DNA from: an uncultured Planctomycetota bacterium
GTDB lineage: Bacteria > Planctomycetota > Planctomycetia > Gemmatales > Gemmataceae
Direction of reading: 5' to 3'
Assembly (NCBI GenBank): GCA_963849325.1
Contig: CAWKHF010000012.1
Span: 1,312,001-1,376,000, forward strand
Length of the DNA: 64,000 nucleotides
Shown: positions 1 to 11,299 of the stretch, piece after piece
Layout: each line of letters starts with the position of its first letter
How positions within the stretch are numbered: position 1 is the first letter of the stretch
Translations under genes and position numbers: made by a program
The notes under the pieces: model-generated
Told to the model about the DNA's origin: nothing
Database searches by the model: none
Seen by the model: the letters and a program-made list of their open reading frames with translations, nothing else

Positions 1-326
1 TCACGCTTTTCCACGACGAATGGCGGACGCCGCTGAGTCTGCTCACCGCCGCACGCAGCCTGCTGACCCTGGCCGCGTCGGACGTTGGCGGACGGCTCCA
101 CCTGGGCGGGCCGGAGCGGCTCAGCCGGGTGGAGATGGGCCGGCGCCTGGCCGCCTTCCTCCACTGCGATCCGGCCGTCATCGTGTCTGCCTCGCGCTTA
201 AACAGCGCGGCGGACGAGCCGCGTCCGCGCGATCTCGCCCTGGATTCGTCCCGCTGGCGACGGCTGTTCCCCGGCCAGCCGTGGCCTGCCTGGGACGACG
301 CCCTCGCCGAACTCATTCCCTCGTGA
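1..326 (+). CDS. 3' part of an RmlD-like (dTDP-4-dehydrorhamnose reductase family) extended SDR, truncated by the window start
   Basis: Frame from nt 3 reads TLFHDEWRTPLS...LHLGGPERLSRVEMG...EPRPRDLALDSS, matching the RmlD substrate-binding C-terminus (DxxRxP, HxxG, RP..L). Confidence 0.7.
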   Translation, partial: TLFHDEWRTPLSLLTAARSLLTLAASDVGGRLHLGGPERLSRVEMGRRLAAFLHCDPAVIVSASRLNSAADEPRPRDLALDSSRWRRLFPGQPWPAWDDALAELIPS

Positions 327-344
327 AGCCAGGAGAACGCCGCC

Positions 345-1100
345 ATGAAGCAGCCTCGCGTCGCCCTCGTTACCGGCAGCGGCAAGAAGCGCATCGGCTG
401 GCACGTCGCCGCCGCGCTCGGCGAGCGCGGCCATGCCGTGATCGTCCACTACCATACCTCGGCCGCGGAAGCGGCGGAGACCGTCGCGTCGTTCCGGCAG
501 CACGGCGTCGAGTGCGTGGCCCTGCAAGCCGACCTCACCGACGAGGCCGCCGTACACGGTCTCTTTCAGGACGTCCTGTCCCGCTTCGGGCGGCTCGACG
601 TGTTCGTTCACTGCGCCGGCCTGTGGCGGAAACGACGCCTGGAAGACGTTCGGCGCCGCCGATGTCCGCCGGCACTTCGAGGCCAACGTGTTGAGTACCT
701 TCCTGTGCGCCGCGAGGCCGGCCTGGCGATGGTGCGTCAACCGGAGGGCGGCTGCATCGTCACCCTGGGCGACTGGGCCGAGGTTCGTCCCTATCCCGAT
801 TACGCCGCGTACTTCGCCTCGAAGGGCGCCCTGCCGACCCTGACGCGCTGCCTGGCCGTGGAGCTAGGCACGCGCAACCCGCGCGTGCGCGTCAACTGCA
901 TCCTGCCGGGGCCGGTCCTGCTGCCGCCCGATCTGCCCGAGGAAGAGCGTCGCGAAGCCATCGCCGCCACGCTGGCCCAGCACGAGGGCAGTCCCAACCA
1001 CGTCGCCGCCGCCGTCCTGTCCCTGCTCGACAATGACTTCATCACCGGCGTCAGCCTGCCCGTCGATGGCGGCCGCACCATTTTCGCCGGCGGAACGTAG
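345..1100 (+). CDS. Short-chain dehydrogenase, pteridine reductase/FolM-like
   Basis: VALVTGSGKKRIG nucleotide-binding motif, YxxSK (YFASK), VRVNCILPG, ITGVSLPVDGG. A short compensated frameshift lies near 650-710. Confidence 0.85.
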   Translation: MKQPRVALVTGSGKKRIGWHVAAALGERGHAVIVHYHTSAAEAAETVASFRQHGVECVALQADLTDEAAVHGLFQDVLSRFGRLDVFVHCAGLWRKRRLEDVRRRRCPPALRGQRVEYLPVRREAGLAMVRQPEGGCIVTLGDWAEVRPYPDYAAYFASKGALPTLTRCLAVELGTRNPRVRVNCILPGPVLLPPDLPEEERREAIAATLAQHEGSPNHVAAAVLSLLDNDFITGVSLPVDGGRTIFAGGT

Positions 1101-1131
1101 GCAGCCAGCGTTTTTCCGGAAAATCTTGGGT

Positions 1132-1159
1132 TTGACTCCGACGCATAAGTCTTTACAAT
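1132..1159 (+). promoter_or_regulatory. Putative sigma70 promoter
   Basis: TTGACT (1132-1137), 16 nt spacer, TACAAT (1154-1159) in an AT-rich intergenic patch upstream of the ATG at 1221. Confidence 0.45.
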
Positions 1160-1220
1160 GACAGATGAGGTCTCGCCAGGGACGGCGAGGTTTCCGGAAC
1201 GCTGGAGAAGAGGTGCGGTC

Positions 1221-1757
1221 ATGTGGGTTCCCCAACCCGATCATCCGCTCCGGCGGATGTTCACTGGTCTCACCGAGCAAACATTCATCGACAAGCTGGG
1301 AGTAGCCGACCCTCGCCTCACCGACTATCTCTCCGAGTTGTTGTCTCGTTTCATCCACCTCGACGCCGTCTACCGGCTATCCAACGCGCGCGGCAAGCGA
1401 CTGGAGGAAGTCGCCGAGATGATGATCGAGGCCGAGGCGATGCCGCCCCAGGGCCGCACGCGCCGCGAGGTCTACCGGCACATCGGCGATTTCACCCTGT
1501 TCTGGACCGGCGTTTATCCCGAGGCGCTCAACCGTCTCCGCTCCATTCTCTCGAAGGACCACTTCATCGATTATTGTTCGCAGGGCAAGCGCTCCTACTA
1601 TCTCGCCAGCACCTTCGAGGAGCCGCCCTACCAGGAAGAAGCCCCCATCCTGCGACGGCTGAGCGAGGAGTTCGAGTTGTGCGCCTACGGACTGCACCAG
1701 GTCCGCCGCCAATGGGAGCGGCTGCCCGGTGAAGGACCGCCGCCCGTCGTCAATTGA
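1221..1757 (+). CDS. Conserved hypothetical protein
   Basis: Clean ORF with GC3 bias and GAGGTG RBS before ATG 1221. Contains RHIGDFTLFWTGVYPE and GKRSYYLAS. Confidence 0.75.
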   Translation: MWVPQPDHPLRRMFTGLTEQTFIDKLGVADPRLTDYLSELLSRFIHLDAVYRLSNARGKRLEEVAEMMIEAEAMPPQGRTRREVYRHIGDFTLFWTGVYPEALNRLRSILSKDHFIDYCSQGKRSYYLASTFEEPPYQEEAPILRRLSEEFELCAYGLHQVRRQWERLPGEGPPPVVN

Positions 1758-1772
1758 TCGGTCGAAATCCTT

Positions 1773-1812
1773 GTTTCGCCGTAACACGCTCCGCTGCGCA
1801 TCGCGGCGAAAC
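1773..1812. repeat. Degenerate short copy of the 66-bp palindrome family
   Basis: GTTTCGCCG...CGCTCCGCTGCGCATCGCGGCGAAAC resembles the right arm of the elements at 29752, 34019 and 46578. Lies between convergent genes. Confidence 0.55.
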
Positions 1813-1814
1813 TT

Positions 1815-3246
1815 CTACTCGCGGAAGCGGCCGGGTTCGCGGACGCCCTTGCCCTGGCGTTTGGTCGCGGTATCGCCGAGGTCGTCGCGGGCCGTTTCGG
1901 CCAATTGCTTCAAGCGTTCGACGACTTCCGGATGGCGGTCGGCGACGTTGGTCGTCTCGCCGACGTCGTTGTCCAGGTCGAACAAGGCCAGGGGAGTAAT
2001 CGCCTGGGTGTAGGGAACGGGTTTGCCGTCCTTGCCTCCCGGTTTGCCGCCCAGCGTTCGATAGGTGTGGGAGAAGTGCAGCTTCCATTTGCCGGCGCGG
2101 ACGGCCTGCAGTCCTCGGTCCCAGTAGAAGTACAGCGCCTCATGGGGACATTTCGCCCCCGGCTGTCCCGAGATCAGCGGCCAAATGTCCAGACCGTCGA
2201 TCTTGTGCTTGGGCAACTCGGCGCCGGCCAGTCGCGCCAGCGTCGGCAGGATGTCGATGGTCATGGCCGGCTCTCGGCACACGCGGCCCGCCGGGATTTG
2301 GCCCGGCCAGCGCATCAGGCACGGCTCGCGCTGGCCGCCGTCCCAGGTCGTGCCCTTGCCCTCGCGCAGCGGTCCCGCCGAGCCGGCGTGGTCGCCGTAG
2401 GACAGCCACGGCCCATTGTCCGAGCAGAAGATTACCAGCGTCCGCTCGTCCAGGCCGTGTTTCTGGAGGGCGTCCAGGATCTGTCCGACCGACCAGTCGA
2501 TTTCCATGATGACGTCGCCATACAGACCCCGCTCCGACTTGCCCTTGAACTTGTCCGAGACGTGCAGCGGCACGTGCGGCATGTTGTGGGCCACGTACAG
2601 GAAGAACGGACGATCCTTGTTCTGGTCGATGAAGCGGACGGCGTGCTCGGTGTACCAGGTGGTCAGCTGCGTCTGATCGGGGTTGGTCCGGATGGTCTTT
2701 TCGCCTTCGATCAGGGGCAAGGGCGGGAACTTGGACGTCGGATGTTTGGGCCACATGTCGTTGGAGTAGGGCAGGCCGAAGTAATCGTCGAAGCCGTGCC
2801 GCGTCGGCAGGAAGGGCGGCTGATGGCCGAGGTGCCATTTGCCGTAAATCGCCGTGGCGTAGCCGCGGCGTCTTGAGGACGTCGGCAATGGTCTTCTCGC
2901 GGTCGCTGATGCCGTGCTTGCTCTGCGGCCCCAGGGCGCCGAGGATGCCCAGGCGGTTGGGATAGCAGCCGGTCAGCAGCGCCGTCCGCGACGCCGAGCA
3001 GACGGCCTGGGCGACGTAGAAGTCGGTGAAGCGCATGCCTTCGCGGGCCATGCGGTCGAGGTTCGGCGTCCGGAAGCCCTTGGCGCCGTAACAGCCGACG
3101 TCGCCGTAGCCCTGATCGTCGGTGAAGACGATGACGACGTTGGGCGGCCGGGCCGCTTTCTCCGCGCCGTGGAGCGGTGATTGGTCTCCCATCCCGACCA
3201 GCGCCGCCAGCCCAACGAACAGGGCCGCATACCCTTGTCGATTCAT
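1815..3246 (-). CDS. Arylsulfatase (sulfatase family) with N-terminal signal; one frameshift near 2870
   Basis: [17 protein letters not shown] formylglycine motif, [19 protein letters not shown]. Joins ORFs 2140..3246 and 1815..2888. Confidence 0.9.
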
Positions 3247-3296
3247 GTTTCGGTCCTCTTCGGCGATATTACCGCTCTTTATTTTCAGTTATTCCC

Positions 3297-5551
3297 TCAG
3301 CCAATCACGACACGAGGCTGACGGGCGTGGTCCGGCTCGGCCTTGCGGATAAGGGCGTGGACCATCCACGGGACGTTGCCTCCGCCCAGGAGCAGGAAGT
3401 GCAGATTGGCGGCCAGCGGCGACTCCTCGGACCAGGCGAAATGCACCTCCGGCGGCCGACCGACCTCGCGGAACTCCAGGGCGATCGCCGCGACCACGTG
3501 CGCGATCGAAGCGCAGTGCGACACGCGAATCACCTCCATGCCGTTGTCCTTGACGATCCGCATGAGGGGCTGATGATGGAACTCGCTGGGGTCGTCCAGC
3601 TCCGCCTCGATAAAGATGATCGGCACGTCTGCTCCCAGGCGGTGGCGGGCGCGGATCTCGGCGTCCTTCTCGGCCAACGTCTGGTAGTCGGGACGGTGCG
3701 GCACCAGTACCTGAAATTCCAACCGCCGGATCGCTTCCCAGCGGATGCCCGACTCTTCATCGGCGAAGGTGAAGCCCTCGAAGCGCAGTTCGGTGCTGCG
3801 CGCCCAGCGCGAGATGCCCGCGGAGAGGAAAAGCACGGCGAGCAGGAGCACGGCGAGCACCAGGCCGCCGGGGTTCTTCCACATGGTCAGGCCGGTGAGG
3901 CTCAGGAAGACCAGGAGGATGAACGCCAACGGCGGGACCACCAGGTACAACCAGGCCGAGTGGCGCAGTCGAGCGGTCACGTCGATGACCGCCGCCAGGG
4001 CGGCGCTGGACAGCAGCACCAGGACACTGGTGGCGTAGGTCCACTGCTGATGCGACACGCTGGCCCGGAAGTAGACGAGGACGACGAGCATAATCAGGTT
4101 GAACAGGAACAAGATGGCGCCGACCCGCTGCGCCCAGTGCAGCTGCATGCCGTAGCGCGTCAGGTAGCCGGGCACCAGGTCGCGCAAACTGATGGTGATG
4201 CTGGCACCCGCCAGGCAGAGGATAAGGACGGTACTGACATCGTACAGCGTGCCGAAGGCAGGACCGAACCACGAATTGACTTCCTGTCCCTCCACCTTGA
4301 CTTCCCGGTTCTTCACCTTGCCGATCAGCGTCCCGCCATGGGCGATGTAGGCCAGCGCGCGATCGCGGGCCGGTCCTTCCTGGATCACCGTCTGCGTGAC
4401 CGTATCGGCCGCCGCCGGCAGATCATCGCCTTCCTCGGGGGCCATGCCGGGCTGGGCGTCCCACGATTCCTCCGCCGGCACCTCCACCTGGATGGCTTGC
4501 GGTTCGTGCAAGTACGCCTGGGGCACCAGCATGGTCGTGACGAACACGCTGCCGGCCAGGAACAGACTCATGATGACGGCGGCGGCCACCAGCACCAGGC
4601 GCAGAGCGCGAATGCGACTGCGGGGCTGGGCCGGATCCTCGCCGGGTCGGCCTCGGATCAGCGGAGCGCTGACCAGGCTCAGCTCCAACCCACCCAGGCC
4701 CAGGGCCAACTGCGGGAAGTTCAGCAGGGCCATGAACAGGTCGAAGATCAGCTCCTCGGGGCTGGCGCCGCGGCCGGCATAACGGATCAGGTCGGCCCAT
4801 TTCGACGTTAATTCCGGGTGCCGCGACAGGTAAACCAGGCTGCTGCCAATCACCACGCCGTTAACGCCGAGGAACAGCAGGACGACGAGGGCGGACAAAT
4901 ACATAAACGGCCGCGAGAAGCCGCGTAACAAGAAGGCGTACACCCCGAAGCTCAGGAGCAGCAGAAGGACGGTGACGATCAACTGGCCGTTCCACCGCTC
5001 GAAGAATGAATCGGCGGCCGAGCCTTGCAAGACGTTGGGTAGGGCGTGATGGACGCATCTCCTTGCCCGACCAGCCAATCCAGTCCGCTCTGCACGTGCG
5101 GGTTATGGATGAGATGCTTGGAGGCGTCGGCCGTGGACAGGGTACGAGTGACGAGGTAATCGGTGGCGATGAAGGCGAGCAGGACGAGGATGAGGAGCTT
5201 GCCGGTCCAGCCGCGGACATGCTTCTCCAGCAGGCCGGTGGCCCCGTGGCCGTGCGGTGAGCGGCCGGCGACGTAGAGATAGACCGGCAAGGCCGCCAAC
5301 AGCGTCAGCACGACCAAACCCAGGGCCGCGAACGGCGCGGAATCCCCGGCCTCGTACACGGCGATCGAGGGCAGATACGCCAGGGTGCTGAAATAATCCA
5401 GGCCGACCAAGCCCAGGACCAGCCACCAGCCGAAGGTGGGCAGACCACGGGCCGCCCCCGTAATCGGCGGACTCATCGTGCCGCCCTCCCCTCCCCCTGA
5501 GTGGGATGGTTCGCCTGAGGTCACGGGAGCGTCGATCGTCGGCTTGTCCAT
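3297..5551 (-). CDS. APC-like amino acid transporter / polytopic membrane protein; frameshift near 5040-5070
   Basis: WWLVLGLVGLDYFSTLAYLPSIA N-terminal motif, many transmembrane segments, C-terminal soluble domain. Confidence 0.7.
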
Positions 5552-5744
5552 CGCAATCCCTTCGTCATGAGTGGGCCATCGCCCGCCGCCCTCAGCGCGC
5601 GCGGCTGTGAATGATGTAACCCCGCAGGCGGGCAATCGCCTCATGCTGGTCGTGAGCATACCAGCCGAAAAGGATGTTGCGAATGAAAAACCGCCTCGTT
5701 GCCTTGACGGCGCCATGCGGCGAGCGGGGGGCGTAAGCCCATCG

Positions 5745-5807
5745 GAGCCGCGACCGTTAGGGAGCGGACGCCCGTGCCCGTCCCCCGCTCCCTAACGGTC
5801 GCGGCTC
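5745..5807. repeat. REP-like hairpin
   Basis: GAGCCGCGACCGTTAGGGAGCGG...CCGCTCCCTAACGGTCGCGGCTC inverted repeat, intergenic. Confidence 0.85.
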
Positions 5808-5914
5808 GGACGGGCTGAGAGGTTCGCGGAGGGGAAGAAAAATCCGGACAGGGACGAACGAGCCACCGGCGCCGCCTGTCGAGAGGGCGAAGCCGGCCGC
5901 CGGCGCAATGAGGA

Positions 5915-6133
5915 TTACTTGACAACGCCCTTGATCTTTTCCGCGGCGGCGTGGAGGACGCCCTCGACCTTCTCGACCGCCTCCTTCGCCAGCTCCTTGA
6001 CCTTTTGCGTCAGTCCTTGTTTCGGGGGAGGCGCGCTCTCGGACGCGGCCGCCCTCTGAAGCAGCCGGTTCTCCAGTCGTTTACGCCGCTTCATGCGGGC
6101 CGTGCGACGCGTACCGCCTCGATTGTATCCCAT
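5915..6133 (-). CDS. Small basic hypothetical protein (72 aa)
   Basis: MGYNRGGTRRTARMKRRKRL...KIKGVVK, with a GGAAAGGGA RBS-like element before ATG 6133 and host-like codon usage. Confidence 0.7.
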   Translation of the reverse strand: MGYNRGGTRRTARMKRRKRLENRLLQRAAASESAPPPKQGLTQKVKELAKEAVEKVEGVLHAAAEKIKGVVK

Positions 6134-6249
6134 GATGAGATCCCTTTCCGTCGGAGCGGGATTGCCGAACTGCCTCCAGGCAGATCCGTACCCGCTTGGT
6201 GGATTGTAGAGGCTTTCCGACGTCCGACAAGCGATCCCGACACGGCTGC

Positions 6250-9228
6250 TCAGGCGCGGTGATTCTCGGCAGGAGGCGAGGGCAGGACGCCGCCGTCCAG
6301 TTGTTCTTCCAGCACTTCCAGCGGGTGCAGCGCCCGCCGGCCGGCCAGGTCGTTGATCTGATGACGGCAGGACGTACCCGGCGCGACCACGACCGCTTCC
6401 GGCGTCTTCTCCAGCGCCGGCAGCAGGGCGAGGTTGGCGATGCTGGACGCTCAGGTCGTAATGCTCCTTCTCGAAGCCGAACGAGCCGGCCATGCCGCAG
6501 CAGCCGGTGTCGAGCACCGTCACGTCCAGTCCGCGGCACCAGCCGCAAGCGCCGCGGCCGTGCCGCCGGCGCCGACCAGCGCCTTCTGATGGCAGTGGCC
6601 GTGCAGCACGCACGTCTCCGGCCGCGGCCGCAGCGGCAGCTCGGCAGCGTCCGTCCTGGACCTGCTCGGCCAGCCAGCCGTCGGCCAGGTGGGCAGCGGC
6701 GGCGATGCGTCCGCGTCTGCGGCCCCGGCACCAGCTCCGTCCACTCGTCGGCCAGCGTCAGCAGGCAACTCGGCTCCAGGCCGAGGAGCGGCGTGCCGTC
6801 GGCCGACGCGCCGCGCCAGGGCCGGCGGCCTGCGCCTGAATCAACGCTCGCGGCTCGGTGCAGGAAGCCCTTGCTAATCATCGGCCGGCCGCAGCAGGCG
6901 AGGTCGGCCAGCTCGACGGCGTAGCCGGCCGCTTCGAGCACGCGCACCGCGGCCCGGCCGATGGCCGGCTCGTTGTAGGTCGTGAAGCAGTCGTCCAGCA
7001 GCAGCACCCGGCCGCGCGTGCCGGCCGCGGCGTCCGGCCTGTGCCGGGCGAACCAGCGGCGGAAGTGGTCGGCGTGCAGCGGCGGCAGACTGCGGCGCCG
7101 GTCGATGCCCGCCAGCTTCTCCAGCAGCCAGCGCAGCGAGCCGCCGCTTCTGCAGCCAGTTGACCAGCGGCGCGAACGGGGCGCCGAGGCGGTTGAGCCG
7201 GTGGATGCCGGCCATGAGCAGATGGCCGAGCGGCCGCGGCCGGCCCTGATAGTAGAGTTGCAGAAACTCCGCCTTGAGCTTGGCCACATCGACGTTGCTG
7301 GGACACTCCGCCTTGCACGCCTTGCACATCAGGCACAGGTCGAAGACGTCGTGGACCCATCGACTTGTCAGTTCGCGCAGCGGCTGCTCGCCCGGACAGC
7401 GCCAGGCGCAGGGCGTTGGCCCGGCCGCGCGTGCTGTCCTTCTCGTCGCGCGTGGCGCGGAACGACGGGCACATCGTCCCGCCCTGCGTCTTGCGGCAGG
7501 CGCCGTTGCCGTTGCACATCTCGACGGAGCGGACGAAGCCCTCCTGCTTGCCGTAGTCGAAGACCGTCGGCGGCTCGGCCGGCGCGATAGCCGGGGCCGT
7601 AGCGCAGGTTCTCGGTCATCGGCGGGGCGTCGACGATCTTGCCGGGGTTGAGCAGGCTGCTTGGGGTCGAACGCCTGCCTTGACTGCGGCAGAACGCCTG
7701 GTAGACCGCCGGGCCGAACATCTTCTCGTTCCACTCGCTGCGGGCCAGGCCGTCGCCGTGCTCGCCGCTGAGCGAGCCGCCATACTCCAGTACGAGGTCG
7801 GTCACGTCCTCGGTGATGCGGCGCATGCGGGCCACGTCGCCGGGGTCCTTGAGGTTCAAGCACCGGCCGGATGTGCAGGCAGCCGACGCTGGCGTGGCCG
7901 TAGAAGGCGCCGTCGGTGCCGTGACGGTGCAGCAGGTCGCGGAAGCGCGGCGACGAACTCCGGCAGCCGCTCCGGCGCGACGGCCGTGTCCTCGACGAAC
8001 GTGACCGGCTTGCGGTCGCCGGGCATGCCGTACAGCAGCGGCATCGCCGGCCTTGCGCAGGTCCCACAGCGGATCGCGCACGGCCGGGTCGAGCGCCGGC
8101 ACCGCCGCCGTCAGGCCGGCGACGCCCGCCAAGCCGGCGACGCAAGCTGCTCGACGCGGTCGGCCACCTCGCCGGCGTCGTCGCCGCTGAACTCGACCAT
8201 GAACACCGCTTGCGGCCGGCCGCTGGATGGCCTTCATCGTGTCGCGCAGCGCCAGGTTGCCGGCGGTCAGTTCGAGCAGCAGATGGTCCATCAATTCGAC
8301 CGCGGACGGCTGCAATTCCAGGCAGGCGGCCAGCGCGTCCATCGCCGCGCCGAGCGATGGCGAACTGCGGCACGAGCAGGCCGCGCGCCTTGCGGCCGCG
8401 GCACCAGCCCCAACTTCCGCCTCGGTGACGACGGCCAGCGTGCCCTCGCTGCCGACGAGCAGCTGGTGCAGCCCGACCGGCTGCCGGCCCTCGTTCAAGC
8501 CCGCCGACAAGGACGTCGAGGTTGTAGCCGCTGACGCGGCGCAGGATGCGCGGGAAGCGGCGCACGATCTCGTCGCGCTCGTCGCCGGACGATGGCGCGC
8601 ACTTGCCGGTAGATGCCGCCTTCCAGCGTGCGGCGCTCGGCCGCGGCGCTCCCACTCGGCGGCGTCGACGGGGCCGAACTCGACGCCCGGCTGCCGTCGG
8701 CGAGGACGACGTCGAGGCGGCGGACGTGGTCGATGGTCTTGCCGTAGACGATGGAGCGCGAGCCGGCCGAGTTGTTGCCGATCATGCCGCCGAGGTTGGC
8801 CCGGCTGGCGGTGGCCACGTCCGGCCCGAACTGCAGGTCGTGCGCGGCCAGGGCGCGGTTGAGCGCGTCGAGGACGACGCCGGGCTGGACGCGGGCCGAC
8901 GCGCGCCGCCGGATCGATGTCGAGGATGGCGTTGAGATACTTGCTGCAATCGAGGACGAGGCCGGGGCCGATCGACTGGCCGGACAGGCTGGTGCCGCCG
9001 CCGCGCGGCCGTGATCGGCACGTGCATCTCGGCCGGCGATCTGCACGGCGGCGACGATGTCCTCGGCGACTTTTCGGGATGACGACGCCGAGCGGCTCGA
9101 TCTGGTAGATGCTGGCGTCGGTGCTGTAGAGGCGGCGCGAGGTGGCGTCGAAGCGGACCTCGCCGGCCAGGTGCTTGCGCAGGTGGCGGGCGAGACTATC
9201 GCGCTGGAGGTCGGTGAAGTCGGGTCAT
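6250..9228 (-). CDS. FAD-linked oxidase / Fe-S (CCG) oxidoreductase, YdiJ/GlcD-GlcF fusion type; heavily frameshifted
   Basis: STDASIYQIEP, GGMIGNNSAG, GSEGTL, GEHGDG, CNGNGAC, CLMCKACKAECP, CCGRP, HGHCHQKA, CCGMAGSFG, spread over several frames. Confidence 0.85.
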
Positions 9229-9237
9229 GGTGATGCC

Positions 9238-9709
9238 GGCACGTACTCCGTCAGGGCGTTTGCAGTAGCTCTTGCCAGGTAGAAACGCGCAGCAAGCGTA
9301 CGCTCATGCGTTCCAGGCGTTCCAGATCGGTGATGCTCTCCACAGCGAGGCGGACATTCACGTCGGCCTCGCCGAATCGTTCGCGTCCCAGGAGGAGCAA
9401 CATCTTGTGCAGCGCCTTGGCCTCGCCTTGCTCGAGGATGTACAGATAGGTGTCCGATTCCGTCATGGCACGTACTCCGTCAGGGCGTTTGCAGCAGTTC
9501 TTGCCAGGTAGAAACCTCCTGCACTCGCTCAATCATACGTTCCAGGCGGCTCCAGATCGGTGATGCCCTCCACGGCGATACGGACATTCGCGTCGGCTTC
9601 GCCGAATCGTTTACGCCCCAGGAGGAGCAAAATCTTGTGTGCCTCCTTGGCTCCCCCTTGTTCGAGTATGTACAGATACGTATCCGATTCCATCATGGCA
9701 GCTACTCCG
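9238..9709. repeat. Tandem ~229-bp direct repeat (2 copies plus a third RBS segment)
   Basis: 9251-9479 matches 9480-9709. The boundary motif GGCAxxTACTCCG occurs at 9238, 9467 and 9697. Confidence 0.9.
9251..9466 (-). CDS. Stand-alone 71-aa copy of the Rpn C-terminal domain (RpnS-like)
   Basis: MTESDTYLYILEQGEAK...STWQELLQTP, 57/71 identical to the C-terminus of the upstream gene. Has its own CGGAG RBS. Confidence 0.75.
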   Translation of the reverse strand: MTESDTYLYILEQGEAKALHKMLLLLGRERFGEADVNVRLAVESITDLERLERMSVRLLRVSTWQELLQTP

Positions 9710-10329
9710 TGAAACAGGGGAATCAGGCGATCACGTGGCTGACGCAGGCCCGACAACACGAAAAACGCGGTCGCCAGCCTGGCCACTTCCGACGGCGGCG
9801 CTTCGGCCTGGATGCGCTGCAACAGACGATCAATCGCGCCGGGCAACGTCTCTTCCAACGTCGCCCCTTCGGGCAGCCGTCCCAGCGGAGCCAACGGCAG
9901 CGTTCCCAGGCCGCTTTGCAGCCAGACGGCGATGGGCACTTCCCAGACGCGGACAATCTCGAATCGAAACGTCAACTCGCCGCGTCCCGGACGGCCTGCG
10001 TAGTGAACCGTTCCCGTCAGGTCCGAGCGATCCGCTCGCGGATGAAGCAGGACCGCGATGCTGTGTACCGGCAAGCCGTACTGATGGTACAACAGGGTAT
10101 TATACATCAGCAAGCGCTGCGGCAGATGCGCGTCCGCGCCGCTCTGGAAATCGATGTGCAAGAGGCGAGCGCCGATCTGCAAGACGATGTCGGCGAACGC
10201 CGAGACCGTGGATAAGTCCGGCGTGAGCAGATGGATCGGTTCGGTCGGCGGCTCATCGAGGATGGTGAGCCAATCGGCCGGATGGTTCCGCACCAGATCC
10301 TTCAGGGTCGCATCAAAGCGCAGGGCCAT
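9480..10329 (-). CDS. Rpn/YhgA-like PD-(D/E)XK nuclease / putative transposase; one extra base near 9548
   Basis: FDATLKDL, ADIVLQ...LLHIDFQS, RLLMYNTLLY...LPVHSIAVLL, VRVWE, LPLAPL. GGAGG RBS before ATG 10329. The true stop at 9480 is inferred from the tandem copy. Confidence 0.8.
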
Positions 10330-10427
10330 GCACGGTCCTCCAGGCGAGACGCCGCGGCGTCCGCCAACGACAGGATAGGATCGTCCGCGGTAATCGTCGA
10401 AGGGTTGGTCAGACGGAGGTGCGAGCG

Positions 10428-11299
10428 ATGACACTTGAGGAATCTTTCATCCAGGCCATCCGCGAAACCCCGGCCGACGACACGCCGCGCCTCATTTACG
10501 CCGACTGGCTGGAGGAGCATGGCCAGGCGGATCGCGCCGAGTTCATCCGTCTCCAGTGTCGGCTCGCTCGCACTTCGGACACAGGCTCGGAACGGTCTGT
10601 CCGGATGGGGCGCGCCGAGGAGCTGTTGCGCCGGCACTGGCAGGAGTGGGTTGGGCCTCTCCGCGCCATCGTCGGGCCGTGGCGCGATCGCTACGGCGAA
10701 AGCTGGATGGGCGAGGACTACCACCCGGATGCATTACGCTATCACTTCGGGCGCGGCTTCGTGTCTGCCCTTGCGCTGGACGCCGAAGACTTTCTGCGCC
10801 ATGCCCGCGACCTGAATCGTTTGACGCCCCTTTTCATGCTGACCTTATGGCGAGCGGGACGCTGTGCCCGCAGCCTGGCGAACACCCCGCAGCTGCACGG
10901 ATTATCCGGGCTGGCCTTCGCGGATTATTACGACGCCCCTCTGACGGCGGGCGACGCGGTGGCGCTGGCGTCTTCGCCCTACCTGGACGGCCTGTCCGTG
11001 TTGTATCTTGGGGGGAACTCGCTGGGTGATGAGGGGGTTGAGCGCCTGATGAAGGCACCGTGGCTTACGGGTCTGACGCACCTCGACCTGTCGGACAACG
11101 GTCTGTCCGATCGCGGGGCGCGGCGCTGGCCGAATCGCCCGGTTTGGTCAACGTGCAAACACTCCGGCTGCGGAGAAATTACTTCTCTCTCGCCGGGGTG
11201 GCCGTCCTGGCCGGCTCCCCAAGCCTTCGCCGCATCTCTCGCCTGGAGTACGATCCTCCCGGCGAGAACATCCCGACGCCAGGGAGGGCACACGCATGA
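10428..11299 (+). CDS. TIGR02996 domain protein with leucine-rich repeats; frameshift near 11125
   Basis: FIQAIRETPADDTPRLIYADWLEE...RAEFIRLQC, RGFV, LxxLxLxxNxLxDxG repeats. Confidence 0.85.

Noticed and set aside
9251-9709. Diversity-generating retroelement TR/VR pair
   Set aside because: Differences are not confined to adenines, many are synonymous, and there is no reverse transcriptase in the window.
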